A stretch of DNA of 64,000 nucleotides from an uncultured Pelagibacteraceae bacterium (lineage in GTDB: Bacteria; Pseudomonadota; Alphaproteobacteria; Pelagibacterales; Pelagibacteraceae), in NCBI GenBank assembly GCA_902521615.1, contig CABYSJ010000001.1, positions 124,732-188,731 on the forward strand, in the 5' to 3' direction. The position numbers and the translations under genes were made by a program. Positions within the stretch are counted from its first letter, which is position 1. The number at the start of each line of letters is the position of its first letter. The notes beneath the pieces are model-generated. The model saw only the letters and a list, made by a program, of their open reading frames with translations. It had not been told where the DNA came from and did no database searches. Below, piece by piece: positions 63,455 to 64,000 of this stretch.

Positions 63455-64000
63455 TTGCTTTCTCTACTATAGGTAAATGTATCAGACCTGCAAAAATTGA
63501 TAATGCGATAGATCCGTACCATGCATAATCAAAATTTCCATTTAATTCATAAAATACACCACCTAGATATGCTCCTAGGAAAGAACCAATTTGATGGCTT
63601 ACGAAAACTATTCCATATAAAAGACCAACGTATTTTGTTCCAAAAATATGGGCAACAATTCCATTTGTTGGAGGAACTGTGGATAGCCACAAAAAACCAA
63701 AAGTAACTCCAAAAACTACAGAGTTAAAAATACTCGGTGGTAAGAAAATAAAATAAATTATAGAAACACCTCTTAAAAGATAAATAGCACTTAAAATTTT
63801 TTTCTTACTATACCTTGTTGCTAAATAACCGCTTGTAATAGTACCAGCCATATTAAATACACCAATCAAAGCTAAAACCATTGCAGGTGTCCAGTCAGGC
63901 AAACCCTTGTCTGCCATATAAGTAGGAATGTGTGTTGCTACTAAAGCAATATGCCAACCACAAACAAAAAATCCCAAAGTTAGATATATAAAACTTTTAT
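63432..64000 (-). CDS. MFS transporter, partial (5' end beyond the window)
   Basis: GFFVCGWHIA, LWLSTVPPT, FVSHQIGSFLGAYLGG; frame is open to 64000. Confidence 0.88.
   Translation of the reverse strand, partial: KSFIYLTLGFFVCGWHIALVATHIPTYMADKGLPDWTPAMVLALIGVFNMAGTITSGYLATRYSKKKILSAIYLLRGVSIIYFIFLPPSIFNSVVFGVTFGFLWLSTVPPTNGIVAHIFGTKYVGLLYGIVFVSHQIGSFLGAYLGGVFYELNGNFDYAWYGSIALSIFAGLIHLPIVEKAIERTQPA

Noticed and set aside
38609-63706. Nested ORFs at 38609, 40986, 46217, 47862, 53701, 57803, 58945, 59287, 61482, 61869, 62595, 62690, 63521
   Set aside because: Shadow ORFs within confident genes.
1-64000. CRISPR arrays, rRNA, tmRNA, transposases, defence systems
   Set aside because: No spaced repeats or recognisable motifs seen on either strand.

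Overview
Very AT-rich, gene-dense alphaproteobacterial chromosome segment. Composition, minimal intergenic spacing and gene set point to SAR11 / Ca. Pelagibacter (inference, no search run). Positions 1-36.8 kb are core housekeeping genes, all on the minus strand: bamA (partial)-dxr-cdsA-uppS-frr-tsf-rpsB, dnaE, lolD/lolE, proS, DUF1467, rnj, coaX, birA, the full nuoA-N operon, tRNA-Asp, tRNA-Val, lon-clpX-clpP-tig and tRNA-Leu. Four genes usually in these alphaproteobacterial clusters (pyrH, rseP, hupB, mce) are cleanly absent from their normal positions. Positions 36.9-40.6 kb hold a mixed-strand patch of small genes, including four unannotated ORFs under 60 aa. Positions 40.6-61 kb form a regulator-free organosulfonate and sulfite neighbourhood: SDR, NCS1 permease, TRAP transporter, GMC oxidoreductase, TerC, HpsO-like SDR, DAO-family flavoprotein, xsc, suyAB, YeiH and TauE exporters, aprMBA (no sat) and a HIT nucleotide hydrolase. 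The window ends with pabC-pabA-pabB and a partial MFS gene. I found no CRISPR array, integrase or transposase. The leading candidates for follow-up are: (1) the sulfonate-to-sulfate route, which lacks hpsN and sat but has plausible substitutes (GMC oxidoreductase, HIT); (2) a 72-bp high-GC3 codon tract inside dctM; (3) a TauE that appears fused to a TIGR02186-like C-terminal segment.
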